Source of the DNA: Candidatus Sigynarchaeum calidifontis
GTDB lineage: Archaea > Asgardarchaeota > Lokiarchaeia > Sigyniarchaeales > Sigyniarchaeaceae
Direction: 5' to 3'
Length of the DNA stretch: 34,200 bases
Assembly (NCBI GenBank): GCA_030587475.2
Contig: JAUQYZ020000204.1
Coordinates: forward strand, 1-34,200
A program made the position numbers and the translations under genes. This document shows, piece after piece, positions 8,991 through 18,718 of the stretch. The notes under the pieces are model-generated. The model had not been told where the DNA came from. It worked only from the letters and a program-made list of their open reading frames with translations, and ran no database searches. The stretch's first letter is position 1; each line of letters opens with the position of its first letter.

Positions 8991-9341
8991 TTAGAGTTTT
9001 GCCAAGAGCTCGTATCGGGAATAACATGAAATGCCGAAACGCTTGGCATACGAGATGGCACTCGGGCTGAACGAGTTCGTGACGACCACGGCACCATCCA
9101 GCGGGACGTCATAGCAGCATTTCTGGATCTGTCGGATCTGGTTGATGCCAAGCGTCCTGTCCCAGTCCTTGATCAGCAGGCCGAACCTTGAACCATCACT
9201 GTTTTCTATCAAGCCATCGATTTTCCATGTCTTCGTCTTCCCTTTCAACTCGACGTTCGGCTTGTATTGCACGTCACTTTTCTGTCGGAAATATTCTTCG
9301 ACTATCTTGAAGAGGGCAGCTTGCCTGAATGATGGATCCAT
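8991..9341 (-). CDS. Small Mrr-like / PD-(D/E)xK restriction-endonuclease-fold protein
   Basis: NVELKGKTKTWKIDGLI...GLLIKDWDRTLGINQIRQ...AVVVTNSFSPSAISYAKRFGI follows the Mrr-cat pattern, but the E/Q of the ExK motif is hydrophobic. Confidence 0.7.
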   Translation of the reverse strand: MDPSFRQAALFKIVEEYFRQKSDVQYKPNVELKGKTKTWKIDGLIENSDGSRFGLLIKDWDRTLGINQIRQIQKCCYDVPLDGAVVVTNSFSPSAISYAKRFGISCYSRYELLAKL

Positions 9342-9454
9342 TTTTTTTCACGCATCCAGCGGGATTATCACGATATGACCTCGATGTTATCTTATTTACA
9401 CGTGTCGTACATTTAAAGAACACATATCATCTGGGTATATACGAAAAAAAGCGG

Positions 9455-9527
9455 TATATCGTTTCATCCTCATCATTCAGGATGCCATGATCCTATATCG
9501 TTTCATCCTCATCATCTAGGATGCCAT
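9455..9527. repeat. Two 34-bp direct repeats (39-bp period), each with an internal CATCCT-N8-AGGATG palindrome
   Basis: tatatcgtttcatcctcatcattcaggatgccat (9455-9488) and tatatcgtttcatcctcatcatctaggatgccat (9494-9527). Two mismatches, both in the loop, and a 5-bp spacer. Confidence 0.92.
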
Positions 9528-9604
9528 TGTATTTCTTCTCGGCTTCCACGAGCACGACATGGGAAATGGGAATTGTCAGAAAAGTCCGGAAATGTCTGGA
9601 AATG

Positions 9605-10087
9605 TCAGAGTTCCAGCCAAAAATCCAGCGGATTTTGAATCGGTTTTTTAAAAGTCTCGAAGATCTTGTTTTGAAAATGACTATCGCACGTGAACAAGGT
9701 TTCGACGTGGTTTATAACCGGAATAACGCAGAGAAAGTCCCAAACATGAACCCCAGACATGCAGCTCAGCATTATGGCTTTTTTAAAGTGAGCAATCGTG
9801 GTATTGACAACAATCACGTTCTGTAACTTTATCAAATTTTCAAGATATGCCCTCGTGAAGTTTGGATCCAACTTGGCACCTCGAAACGAGAGTGCGTGAA
9901 AAATTTCAGTTAATTGATGCGTTGTAATATAGATCTGATCGGAGGTTATTCTTTTTTTCAAGAATTCGTTCGCAATCTCGTGCCGGCCAAGTGCTCTCTC
10001 CAAATCGGGCCCGTTTTCAGGAATTTTCAATGCAAAACTCCATAATTCCGTATCAATGAAAAATCGTCCCATGAATCTCACCATCAC
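9605..10087 (-). CDS. vapC: PIN-domain toxin (VapC-like)
   Basis: Four PIN acidic positions: FFIDTE, QLTEIFH, HVWDFL and LFTCDSHF. The start overlaps the upstream antitoxin stop (TGATG). The true start may be 10084 or 10072. Confidence 0.9.
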   Translation of the reverse strand: MMVRFMGRFFIDTELWSFALKIPENGPDLERALGRHEIANEFLKKRITSDQIYITTHQLTEIFHALSFRGAKLDPNFTRAYLENLIKLQNVIVVNTTIAHFKKAIMLSCMSGVHVWDFLCVIPVINHVETLFTCDSHFQNKIFETFKKPIQNPLDFWLEL

Positions 10088-10338
10088 ACGTCGTCGAAGT
10101 CGTATTCTTTCAAGTCTTCGAGTTCATTACCACCCAGCGTTTTTGGAGGATTCTTTGTAGCTTCCAAAATCCATTTTAGCGGATCTGACTCTGGCTTTTT
10201 AGCCGTGATGATGATCGCATTTGATTTTTCATCGAATTCAAGGAAAATCTCAGCATTCTTGTCGATTGCTAATTTTTCTAGGAAATTCTTTGGAATGTAG
10301 ACTTGACTGGCATGTAATTTTGATTTTATCACTGCCAT
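10084..10338 (-). CDS. AbrB/MazE/SpoVT-fold antitoxin
   Basis: SQVYIPKNFLEKLAI...EIFLEFD...AIIITAKK matches the AbrB pattern. It has an acidic C-terminal tail and is translationally coupled to the PIN gene. Confidence 0.85.
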   Translation of the reverse strand: MAVIKSKLHASQVYIPKNFLEKLAIDKNAEIFLEFDEKSNAIIITAKKPESDPLKWILEATKNPPKTLGGNELEDLKEYDFDDV

Positions 10339-10616
10339 CTTGATTCATCACCCTTTCCTACGCATTACTAATTACTAATACAAATTACAAGCAAATATAT
10401 TTTTTTAATAAAAAGATTCTCATCGAGTGAGAACCGCGTGGATGTTTCCGCACTTGTGGCAAGATCCCAACGCCCAGGTAGTATTTCACCAGAACATCGA
10501 TGGCATCAAGCCTGGAATGAAGCTCCCGTGGAATGAGGAGGATAGTAGCAATCACGTGCCAAGATTAACTCGGCGTGTTTAATCGGCCTTGATCGCCAAC
10601 AAGGTTGGTGAACGCT

Positions 10617-12281
10617 TCAGAACGCGGGCCCTGCATGCAATGTCGTCGTGCAATAGTTGACCCCGAGTAGCTCTAGCATCCCGAAATGCATGATGACTCT
10701 TTCCTTGAACGCTTCCCTGTCTTTACCCTCCTTGGACGACCACGCTACCTCGGCCAGCGCGCACATGCGGGGGAGGCACATGTATTCGACATGCTCGGGC
10801 GTCGCAATGTACTCGGTCCAGACGTTTCCTTGCGTACCGATGATCAATTTTGCCTCCTCCTCGCCCAGCTCGACTGGCACGGGCTCGTAATGATATACCT
10901 TGATGAGCGGCGTGTATCCACCGATTGCCAGCGGCTCGGTTTCCGGATTTGCTTGGTAATAATCGAAATAGCAATACCCGGTCGGGGTCATGACCACGGG
11001 GTGCCCGGCCTTGGCGGCATCGATGGCCGCGCCCCAGCTGTTCCATGCCATGACCGTGGCGTTTTCCGCGAGGCCGCCTTGCATGATCTCGTTCCAGCCG
11101 ACCATCTCGCGGCCCCGAGATGCAATGAACCCCGCGATGCGCTTGATGAAATAACTCTGGAGCTCCTCCTCGTTCGCGAGCCCCTCCGCGACCATCTTGG
11201 CCTGGCAATCCGGACAGTCGTGCCAGCTGTCCTTCGAGCATTCGTCGCCACCGACGTGGATGAGTTTGCCCGGAAACATGTCGATGACCTCCTGGAGCAC
11301 GGCTTCCAGGAAAGTGAACGTCGTTTCCTTGCCGGCGCAAAATGTTTGATCGGACGGGCCACCCGTGCAGCCAAGCGCGGGATACGAGGCTCGGGCAGCC
11401 GAGGAATGCCCCGGCATCTCGATTTCGGGGATGACGGTCACGTACCGCTGCCGGGCATGCGCTAGGATCTCTCGCACCTCTTCCTTCGTGTAGAACCCGC
11501 CGTCCTCCCCTGGCCGATAAGCACCAACTTGCGTGAGCAGCGGGCATGCGTCGATCTCGATACGCCACCCCTGGTCATCGGTCAAGTGCCAGTGGAACGT
11601 GTTCAACTTGTACAAGGCTAGCAAGTCGATGTACCGCTTGATGAAGGTCACGGGAAAGAAATGCCGGCTCACGTCGAGGTGCATGCCGCGATAGGAAAAT
11701 CTGGGGACATCGCGAATGGCAACACAAGGGGCAATACAATCCTTGGTCGAATGCCCGAGCGAAATCCCCGCCGCGACTTCCGGGGGAAGGATCTGTAACA
11801 AGGTCTGGACCCCGTGGAAGACACCGGCGGGCTGGAATCCTGAAATGACGACTCCGCTCTGTGTAACATCAAGGGTATATCCTTCGGGCCCAAGGTTCGT
11901 GTCGGCTGGCAAGAGCTCGAGCAAGATCACGTTTGCCCGGGCGCAAGGTCCAGTTAACGCTTCAACTATTATCGTGCAATTCAAGGATATCCCGATTTTC
12001 CTTGCAATGTAATTGCCCACGTCCATCATGGCAGTTTCGTTTCCACCGGCAGCATCGACGAGCACGCGCGTGTTCTCGTTGGCTAAAAAATATCCTTGTT
12101 TTGGTTCCATCATGCTGGGACGCGGGATGATCGGGTATTTTCGTGCAAGTGCTAGTTTTTCTTCGTGATTGATGAGCCATGCCGTGTTCAAGCACACCAC
12201 GCTAGCAAGAATAACCATCGATGATACCAAGAATCCTTTCCCATGGATCACCCTTGCGGCACGTGGTTTTCTTCTTGACAT
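10617..12281 (-). CDS. Beta-N-acetylhexosaminidase (GH20), N-terminally membrane-anchored
   Basis: Motifs PRFSYRGMHLDVSRHFF, HWHLTDDQGWR, PEIEMPGH, HVGGDE (catalytic DE), YFDY and GNVWTEY. N-terminal basic stretch plus a TM helix. Confidence 0.96.
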   Translation of the reverse strand: MSRRKPRAARVIHGKGFLVSSMVILASVVCLNTAWLINHEEKLALARKYPIIPRPSMMEPKQGYFLANENTRVLVDAAGGNETAMMDVGNYIARKIGISLNCTIIVEALTGPCARANVILLELLPADTNLGPEGYTLDVTQSGVVISGFQPAGVFHGVQTLLQILPPEVAAGISLGHSTKDCIAPCVAIRDVPRFSYRGMHLDVSRHFFPVTFIKRYIDLLALYKLNTFHWHLTDDQGWRIEIDACPLLTQVGAYRPGEDGGFYTKEEVREILAHARQRYVTVIPEIEMPGHSSAARASYPALGCTGGPSDQTFCAGKETTFTFLEAVLQEVIDMFPGKLIHVGGDECSKDSWHDCPDCQAKMVAEGLANEEELQSYFIKRIAGFIASRGREMVGWNEIMQGGLAENATVMAWNSWGAAIDAAKAGHPVVMTPTGYCYFDYYQANPETEPLAIGGYTPLIKVYHYEPVPVELGEEEAKLIIGTQGNVWTEYIATPEHVEYMCLPRMCALAEVAWSSKEGKDREAFKERVIMHFGMLELLGVNYCTTTLHAGPAF

Positions 12282-12402
12282 GTAGTTTATACCTCTTTTT
12301 CAATTCCCGCGGGATGATCAATCAATCTGATGGCATGGCATTTGAAGAAACCGATTGAAATTGATGGGAACTAAAAAAGAAGATGAAATGATCTGGGCAC
12401 GC

Positions 12403-13182
12403 TCAAGCCTTGGCGACGCTCTTGAGCGTGGCTTCGACCTTACCGAGGATCTCCGCCATCTCGGGGCTCTTCCAATCACGGTTCGGGATGACTGATATCG
12501 TCATGTCCGCGATTTCTTCCTTACCTTTCTTGTTGGTGAACGGCACGTCGATCTTGTATTTGACCCTGTTCGGATTTTTCACCCCGAATCCTTTGGATTC
12601 TTGTGCAACCTCGTAGCAGCCCTTGATCGGATAAATGACGCCGAAAGGTATGAACGTGCCAGAGGCTCCCGAGACTGACTTCGCGATCTGATCCATGATC
12701 GCCTTGTTGTAAAGATAACTTCCCAGGTTGATCATGCTCAAGAACGCGAACATGCCGCCACCGCTCACTCCCGCACCCTTCGCTTCTTGCACACCGGTCG
12801 CGATGATACGCATGTTCGACACGAACACGTTGCCATTAATCCACGACTTGCCGGTCTCTACCCAGCCATCGAATATGACCGAAAATTCCTCGCCGGGAAG
12901 TTTGCAAAAGTTTTGCACGAAGAACTTCTCGAATTCCGATAGTTTTGCCGCGTTCCTCGGCCGGGTCATCTTGTCGAATAGGATGTATCCCTTTTCCATG
13001 AAACTTTCAGGGTCTTTGACGATACAATCTCGGAGGATTTCACCGAATTGCTGGAAGTCGGCGGATGTGAGATCCTTGTTGTTGAACGCGCCCTGGAGCT
13101 TGTTCGCGGCGTTGGGGGCCTTCCCCTTGCTCATCTCTTGGTCTACTTCTGCCTTTAATTTTGCCAGGTCTAGTTTTCCCAT
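12403..13182 (-). CDS. Hypothetical protein with a possible PH/GRAM-like domain
   Basis: Long ORF with gene-like codon usage. LPGEEF...INGNVFVSNMRIIA resembles the G-x-L-x-L-T-N-x-R-L motif of PH-like folds. ATG at 13182 is preferred over 13224. Confidence 0.7.
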   Translation of the reverse strand: MGKLDLAKLKAEVDQEMSKGKAPNAANKLQGAFNNKDLTSADFQQFGEILRDCIVKDPESFMEKGYILFDKMTRPRNAAKLSEFEKFFVQNFCKLPGEEFSVIFDGWVETGKSWINGNVFVSNMRIIATGVQEAKGAGVSGGGMFAFLSMINLGSYLYNKAIMDQIAKSVSGASGTFIPFGVIYPIKGCYEVAQESKGFGVKNPNRVKYKIDVPFTNKKGKEEIADMTISVIPNRDWKSPEMAEILGKVEATLKSVAKA

Positions 13183-13441
13183 GTGTGTTTTCACTTCAAA
13201 TTGATTTTTTGAAGAGTTGCGCATTAATGTTCTCTAAACACCGAAGCACTAGTTAATCGCTTAAACGGGTCACAATTTAAACCTATCATCTCCAAAATAT
13301 CATGCGCTCGTGCAAAATTCCGCATTTATATTCATTTTCGCTGGTTATTTGGGATGCCGTGTAGGGATCTCGATGTTGACACTTGCTTTAGGATGATTTT
13401 AGCAATGGGTTATTGAATCGCGATAGTTTGATCCCGTCATC

Positions 13442-14419
13442 ATGCGAGTTCTCATCACGGGTGGCTTTGGAAATGTCGGGATGAGCGTGGTTCGCGAGTT
13501 ACTTGCTCAAGGCCACGAGGTCGTCGTTTTCGAGCTCGATACCAAGAAAAATCAAAAAATCAGCAAAAAATTCAAGGACAAGATAACGGTAATCTGGGGT
13601 GACCTTTTGAATGGAGAATCCCTAGCTCTTGCACTCGTGAACATTGATGTCGTGATCCATCTCGCCGCCATCATTCCCCCGTTGAGTGAGGAAAACGAAG
13701 CCTTGTGTTTCAAGGTAAACGTTCGTGGAACGGAGACCTTGCTCTCGCGCATCAACGCGCTCTCAAAAAAACCCGGCTTGGTATTCACTTCGTCTGTCAG
13801 CGTGATGGGCCCAACGCAATCCCGACCGCCTCCAATCAGCCCGTACGATCCCCCAAACCCCACTACCAACTACACGCGGTCGAAGGTCGACGCGGAGCGC
13901 ATCATCGCAACATCCGGCGTGCGTTACTGCATCTGCCGGCTCGGCGCCGTGCTCTCGTCCCAGGCATCGTTAAATCCATCATTGATCAAGGAGGCTTTCA
14001 ACATTAACCTTGCAGGGCGAGTGGAAATCGTTCTCGATCTCGACGTGGCCACGGCGCTTCGCCGAGCGGCCGAACTGATGGTCGAGGGCGACGCAGTGCT
14101 CGGCAAGGTACTCAACATCGGCGGTGGTAAGGAGAAAGGATTCCAGCGATACGGCCGCGACTTGACGAATGGTTTATTCGAGAAAATGGGCATCGGCGCA
14201 ATAGACGAGCGGTGTTTTACAAAAGCAGATTATTTCATCGACTGGATGGACACGACCGAGAGTCAAGCCTTGTTATCCTTCCAGAACCACTCGTACGATG
14301 AAGCAATCTCCGCGTACATGAAACAAATGAAATTATTGCGTCCTTTCATTCGATTGTTCGCTCCGTTGATACGAAGACGGCTCGAACGACAATCTCCTTG
14401 GTTTTCTAGTTCTAATTGA
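13442..14419 (+). CDS. NAD-dependent epimerase/dehydratase (extended SDR)
   Basis: Motifs ITGGFGNVG, DVVIHLAA, VNVRGT, FTSSVSV and YTRSK. Confidence 0.93.
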   Translation: MRVLITGGFGNVGMSVVRELLAQGHEVVVFELDTKKNQKISKKFKDKITVIWGDLLNGESLALALVNIDVVIHLAAIIPPLSEENEALCFKVNVRGTETLLSRINALSKKPGLVFTSSVSVMGPTQSRPPPISPYDPPNPTTNYTRSKVDAERIIATSGVRYCICRLGAVLSSQASLNPSLIKEAFNINLAGRVEIVLDLDVATALRRAAELMVEGDAVLGKVLNIGGGKEKGFQRYGRDLTNGLFEKMGIGAIDERCFTKADYFIDWMDTTESQALLSFQNHSYDEAISAYMKQMKLLRPFIRLFAPLIRRRLERQSPWFSSSN

Positions 14420-14430
14420 TAAAAAAAGCA

Positions 14431-15261
14431 TCATTTGGGCTTTACATGATTTCTCAAGATGCGAACCACCAAGCTTTCAAGGATATACGCTGCTTCGATA
14501 GCCTTGTAACTCGTGTCGTTCTCGCAAGCCATCTTTACACGTTCTTTCATGAGCTGGTTCACATGCAAGTTTTCTAGAAGTCTCTGCAAGGCCGAATTAT
14601 CTCCCAAATCGAGCGGCGCGGCGTTTTTCAAGAAGAGATGTGATGTCATGTGTAAAACCAGCCCCTTTCCAAAATGTATGATACATGCAATGGTGGGTGC
14701 ATCGTATCGCTCCTTCATGGCGCGCGAGACGAGCAACTTGCGCACGTTCGTATTGAGGATGCGGATCGGGTAGGAGCCCTCCTCGAGCCACCACGACGGG
14801 TTCAAGCCGGGCGCGATCAACCCGTTCAAGTAATCCATTATTTTGTCCGTGACGCGCACGTCCACGAATTCCTCGGCAGTCTCCGCTCCGTTGTGCTCGA
14901 TGAAACCGGGAAAAGCCCGCTGGACGACATGCTTCAAAGCCCAGTCTGTGGTAACGAGGAGACCGCCATTAAAGACGTGATTCTTCAGGATATCGAGACC
15001 CTTTTCAGAGAATCCATCTCCAGGGCAATTAACAATGACGACATCACGCGTGTCGAGCTGGAGATCGTCGAAGTCCTCCGGATTTTTCGATTCATACTGC
15101 AGGTCTAGCGAGTCGAGAACCTTTTCCGTCGTGTCATATTCCCCGGGCACGACGATGATATTGATGCGGTTGGTCGCTTGCCACGCCTTCAACCCGATAC
15201 CTTCCTTGGCCGCGAGGTCTTGGTTCACGATGTCGGCAGATATTTTGTAGGCATTTTCCAT
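14431..15261 (-). CDS. Hypothetical protein, probable class I glutamine-amidotransferase-like fold
   Basis: VVPGEYD, VIVNCPG, VFNGGLLVTTDW and FGKGLVLHMTSHL match the flavodoxin-like GATase1/ThuA-type pattern. Start is 15261 or 15276. Confidence 0.65.
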   Translation of the reverse strand: MENAYKISADIVNQDLAAKEGIGLKAWQATNRINIIVVPGEYDTTEKVLDSLDLQYESKNPEDFDDLQLDTRDVVIVNCPGDGFSEKGLDILKNHVFNGGLLVTTDWALKHVVQRAFPGFIEHNGAETAEEFVDVRVTDKIMDYLNGLIAPGLNPSWWLEEGSYPIRILNTNVRKLLVSRAMKERYDAPTIACIIHFGKGLVLHMTSHLFLKNAAPLDLGDNSALQRLLENLHVNQLMKERVKMACENDTSYKAIEAAYILESLVVRILRNHVKPK

Positions 15262-15401
15262 TATGCTCCATTGCATATCGCCGCATTGTATAAAAAGACC
15301 AATAATAGACGGATTATTACAAAGATGATGAGACCAGACCTATCTTGTAATGACAAGTATTGGCTCGCGCTTTTGGCAAACACTATCCTCCGTGAAGATA
15401 A

Positions 15402-17117
15402 ATGAGCGAGACAAAACCGTGGCTGAAATTCTACGGCGACAAGATTCCCCACTCGATTCAATACCCTCGCGTGAGCTTGTACGAGCGGGTTATGCAAACC
15501 GTGAAGCAATACCCGGACAGTATTGCCTTTGATTTCATGGGCACGACGCGAACCTACCGCCAGCTCGGCGACGAGATCGATCGGTTCGCCGCGGCCCTCG
15601 CTGCTTTGGGCGTGAAGAAAGGAGACGTCATGACCATTTCGATGCCCACTTCCCCGAATGGCATCATCCCCATCTACGCGCTGAACAAGATCGGCGCGGT
15701 GGCATCCATGATCCACCCGCTCAGTCCCCCGCCGCAGATCAAGGAATACCTCAACATCTCGAAGAGCAAGTATGCCCTCACCCTCGACATTTTTTATGGC
15801 GAGTTCAACAAGATCTTGGACGAAACGAAGGTAGAGAAGCTTATCATCGCGAAGGCCACCGATTACTTGTCCAGCCCGCTCCTCCGGTTCGGGTACTGGC
15901 TCAAGAAAGGGCGAACGATACCGAAGATCAACGACAGCCGGGTCTCGTGGTACCTGTCCCTACTCAACGGCAACTATCCTTCCGTCCCGAAGGCAGATGT
16001 CAAGCCCGATGACCTCGCGATCATCTTGTACTCTGGTGGAACGACGGGCACGCCGAAAGGCATCATGCTCTCCAACTATAACATGATTGCCGAGGGGATG
16101 ATGGTCACGGCGATGGGCAACTTGAACCACACGCAGTCAGTTCTTGCCATACTTCCCATTTTCCATGGCTTCGGCCTAGGCGTTTGCGTGAACGCGGCGT
16201 TCATGGTTGGCGGGAAAACCATTCTCGTCCCGCTTTTCACGCCAGAATCGGTCGCCAAGCTCATCAAGTCCAAGAAGCCGAATTTCATCGTCGGCGTCCC
16301 AACCCTTTTCGAAGCATTGGCGAGCAATCCCGATTTCAACAAGACCGATCTCAGCTGCTTGCAAGCCGTCTATTCGGGTGCCGACACGCTCCCGCGAAAG
16401 GTGAAAGAAAAATTCGAGGCGGTTGTAAAGAAAAACGGAGGCAACGTGTCTTTATTAGAAGGATACGGCCTTACCGAAGCGGTCACGGCCATCATGGCGA
16501 TTCCTCCTGGATATTACAAGGAAGGTAGCATCGGCATCCCGTTTCCTGACATGCTTGCCAAGATCTGCAAGAAGGGCACGACGGAGGAGGCACCGATCGG
16601 CGAGGAGGGCGAGATCTGCGTGAGCGGCCCTGCGGTTATGCTCGGGTACCTCGACCAGCCGGGCGAGACCGAAAAAGTGCTGAAGAAACACGCGGACGGG
16701 CGCATTTGGCTGCACACTGGTGACATTGGCACCATGGATGCCGAGGGCTGGTTCTTCTTCAAGCTCCGGGAAAAGCGCATGCTCAAGGTGAGTGGCGTCA
16801 ACGTGTATCCCAACATCGTCGAGGAGGCATTGCGCAAGCACCCGGACGTCAAGGATGTCTGCGTCATTGGCGTGCCGGACAAGAAGCAGATCACCAAGGT
16901 GAAGGCATTCGTGATCCTCAAGGACCCGTCGAAGGCATCGGAGCAGATGAAGGAATCGATCATGGCGTTCGGCCTCGAGCACCTGCTCAAATGGGAATCC
17001 CCCCGAGAAATCGAGTTCCGCGAGGATTTTCCCAAGACCCTTGTCGGTAAGGTGCATTGGAAAAAGCTTGAAGAAGAGGAGATTGCAAAGCTCTCTCACT
17101 CGGAACAACGTGACTAG
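15402..17117 (+). CDS. Long-chain fatty acid--CoA ligase (FadD-like AMP-binding enzyme)
   Basis: Motifs YSGGTTGTPKG, LPIFHGFG, EGYGLTE, WLHTGDIG and PKTLVGK. Confidence 0.95.
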   Translation: MSETKPWLKFYGDKIPHSIQYPRVSLYERVMQTVKQYPDSIAFDFMGTTRTYRQLGDEIDRFAAALAALGVKKGDVMTISMPTSPNGIIPIYALNKIGAVASMIHPLSPPPQIKEYLNISKSKYALTLDIFYGEFNKILDETKVEKLIIAKATDYLSSPLLRFGYWLKKGRTIPKINDSRVSWYLSLLNGNYPSVPKADVKPDDLAIILYSGGTTGTPKGIMLSNYNMIAEGMMVTAMGNLNHTQSVLAILPIFHGFGLGVCVNAAFMVGGKTILVPLFTPESVAKLIKSKKPNFIVGVPTLFEALASNPDFNKTDLSCLQAVYSGADTLPRKVKEKFEAVVKKNGGNVSLLEGYGLTEAVTAIMAIPPGYYKEGSIGIPFPDMLAKICKKGTTEEAPIGEEGEICVSGPAVMLGYLDQPGETEKVLKKHADGRIWLHTGDIGTMDAEGWFFFKLREKRMLKVSGVNVYPNIVEEALRKHPDVKDVCVIGVPDKKQITKVKAFVILKDPSKASEQMKESIMAFGLEHLLKWESPREIEFREDFPKTLVGKVHWKKLEEEEIAKLSHSEQRD

Positions 17118-17169
17118 ATCATCAATTCCCTTTTTATTCCACTTTGAATTTCGTGACCCGGTTACCTTT

Positions 17170-18009
17170 TTAACGAAGGTCTGGTTCGTCTGGATCCGCG
17201 CCGATGACGTTGAAATCATCGTTCCAACCATCCATCTCGTTCATCTCCACCCGCGAAAGCTCGAAGTCAAATACGGCCGCATTTTCCTTGATATGGGCCT
17301 CTGAAAATGACCGCGGAATGGGTATCCAGCCGTGCTGGATGTTCCACCGGATGAGGATTTGCGCCGGGGTTTTCTTGTGAGTATCCGCAATGTCTTTCAA
17401 CCGCGGGTCGCCGAGCCGCTTTCCAAGCGCGATCGGCGAGTAGGACTCCACGATGATGCCGCGTGCCTTGCAGTATTCGACAAGCTCCTTGCGATAGAAG
17501 AACGGGTGTAGCTCGATCTGGTTCACAGCGGGTAAAGTGGCGCTGTTCTCCCGAAGGGCCTCCATATGCTTGATGAGAAAGTTGCTTACCCCGATGGCCT
17601 TCGCGAGCCCCTCCTTGTGCAAGTCTTCCATCACGTGCCACGTGTCCGCGTTAAAAGCGGAGAGCGGGCGGTGGATGAGCAGAAGATCCACGTACTCCAG
17701 GCCGAGATTCTCCAAACTTTCTTCGAGTGACTCGCGCACGGCTCCCACGCGCATAGCATCTTTCCAGATTTTCGTCGTTATGAAAAGATCCTCGCGTGGA
17801 ATAGGAACAGCGAGCTCGGCTAGCGATTTGCCAATGAAATGCTCATTTTGGTAGATGGCTGCCGTGTCGATAAGCCGGTAGCCAGTGGTGATGGCTATCT
17901 TGAGTGCTTGGACGACCCGGTCTCTCGGGGGCTGGCTGTAGGTGCCAAAACCAAGGACAGGGATTTTACCGCCGCTATTGAGCGTTCTTTTGGAATTCAT
18001 GGCGAGCAT
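17170..18009 (-). CDS. Aldo/keto reductase (AKR5 / 2,5-DKG reductase-like)
   Basis: Motifs LGFGTY, IDTAAIY, FITTK, LLIH, IGVSNF, NQIELHP and PIPRS. Confidence 0.95.
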   Translation of the reverse strand: MLAMNSKRTLNSGGKIPVLGFGTYSQPPRDRVVQALKIAITTGYRLIDTAAIYQNEHFIGKSLAELAVPIPREDLFITTKIWKDAMRVGAVRESLEESLENLGLEYVDLLLIHRPLSAFNADTWHVMEDLHKEGLAKAIGVSNFLIKHMEALRENSATLPAVNQIELHPFFYRKELVEYCKARGIIVESYSPIALGKRLGDPRLKDIADTHKKTPAQILIRWNIQHGWIPIPRSFSEAHIKENAAVFDFELSRVEMNEMDGWNDDFNVIGADPDEPDLR

Positions 18010-18050
18010 GGTGCTGAACTAGGTGTGATACATTATTAAGGTCTCCTTGC

Positions 18051-18707
18051 ATGGGTTCCGTGATAGTGCCCATGAACGGCGCAGATACCCTGGAAGCCTA
18101 CAAGCGATACAAAATCCTTCTCGACGGCATCGCGGAGTGGGGCGGCACGATTTCCACCACGGGGATCGTTCCCGAGCAGCCACAAACGTGGACTGGACAT
18201 GTCCCGACGCTCGATGCGAACCTGCCGGCCGGCAAGTGGCGGGGATACGTCCAGGATCCGGTGCTCGCCGCGACTGACCAGTTATCTTTCAGGAACCATG
18301 TCATACTAGCTCTGGCCGCGGAAAAAACCCGTGTGTTAGCCATGGGTGGCGTGCCGCAAACCGGAAGCGTGACCCTGGGAACCAAGCCCATGTATCCCCA
18401 ATCAAACACGTCTGCCCAGCAACTTGGTGCCCCCGTCTACCAGCATGTTGCACCCGGCTCGGCAAGCCGGGTCGATGAATTGCTTAACGAAGCGCGTGGT
18501 TACCGAAGGGCTGGAAAATGGGCGCTCGCCAAGGATGCATACAGCCAGGTGCTTGCTCTCCAACCGGGCAATCCCGAGGCCAAGGAAGGCATGACCGTGT
18601 CAACTCAAAAGGCAAGCATGAAGATGTTGGCGATCATGATGCCGCTGATGTGCGGGGGGATGATCGCGTTTGTCCTTATCTTCTTGTATTTTGCATTAAA
18701 ATGGTAA
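18051..18707 (+). CDS. Hypothetical protein with one TPR motif and a C-terminal TM anchor
   Basis: LLNEARGYRRAGKWALAKDAYSQVLALQPGNPEAKEG fits the TPR consensus. The protein ends in a hydrophobic helix followed by KW. Confidence 0.8.
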   Translation: MGSVIVPMNGADTLEAYKRYKILLDGIAEWGGTISTTGIVPEQPQTWTGHVPTLDANLPAGKWRGYVQDPVLAATDQLSFRNHVILALAAEKTRVLAMGGVPQTGSVTLGTKPMYPQSNTSAQQLGAPVYQHVAPGSASRVDELLNEARGYRRAGKWALAKDAYSQVLALQPGNPEAKEGMTVSTQKASMKMLAIMMPLMCGGMIAFVLIFLYFALKW

Positions 18708-18718
18708 GGTGAGCATGT

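Noticed and set aside
9455-9527. Repeat pair as a mini-CRISPR array or hammerhead ribozyme (minus strand TGATGAG...GAAAC)
   Set aside because: The spacer is only 5 bp and there are no cas genes. The hammerhead core needs CUGANGA plus a stem II, but here it is AUGAUGA with only a few nt before GAAA.
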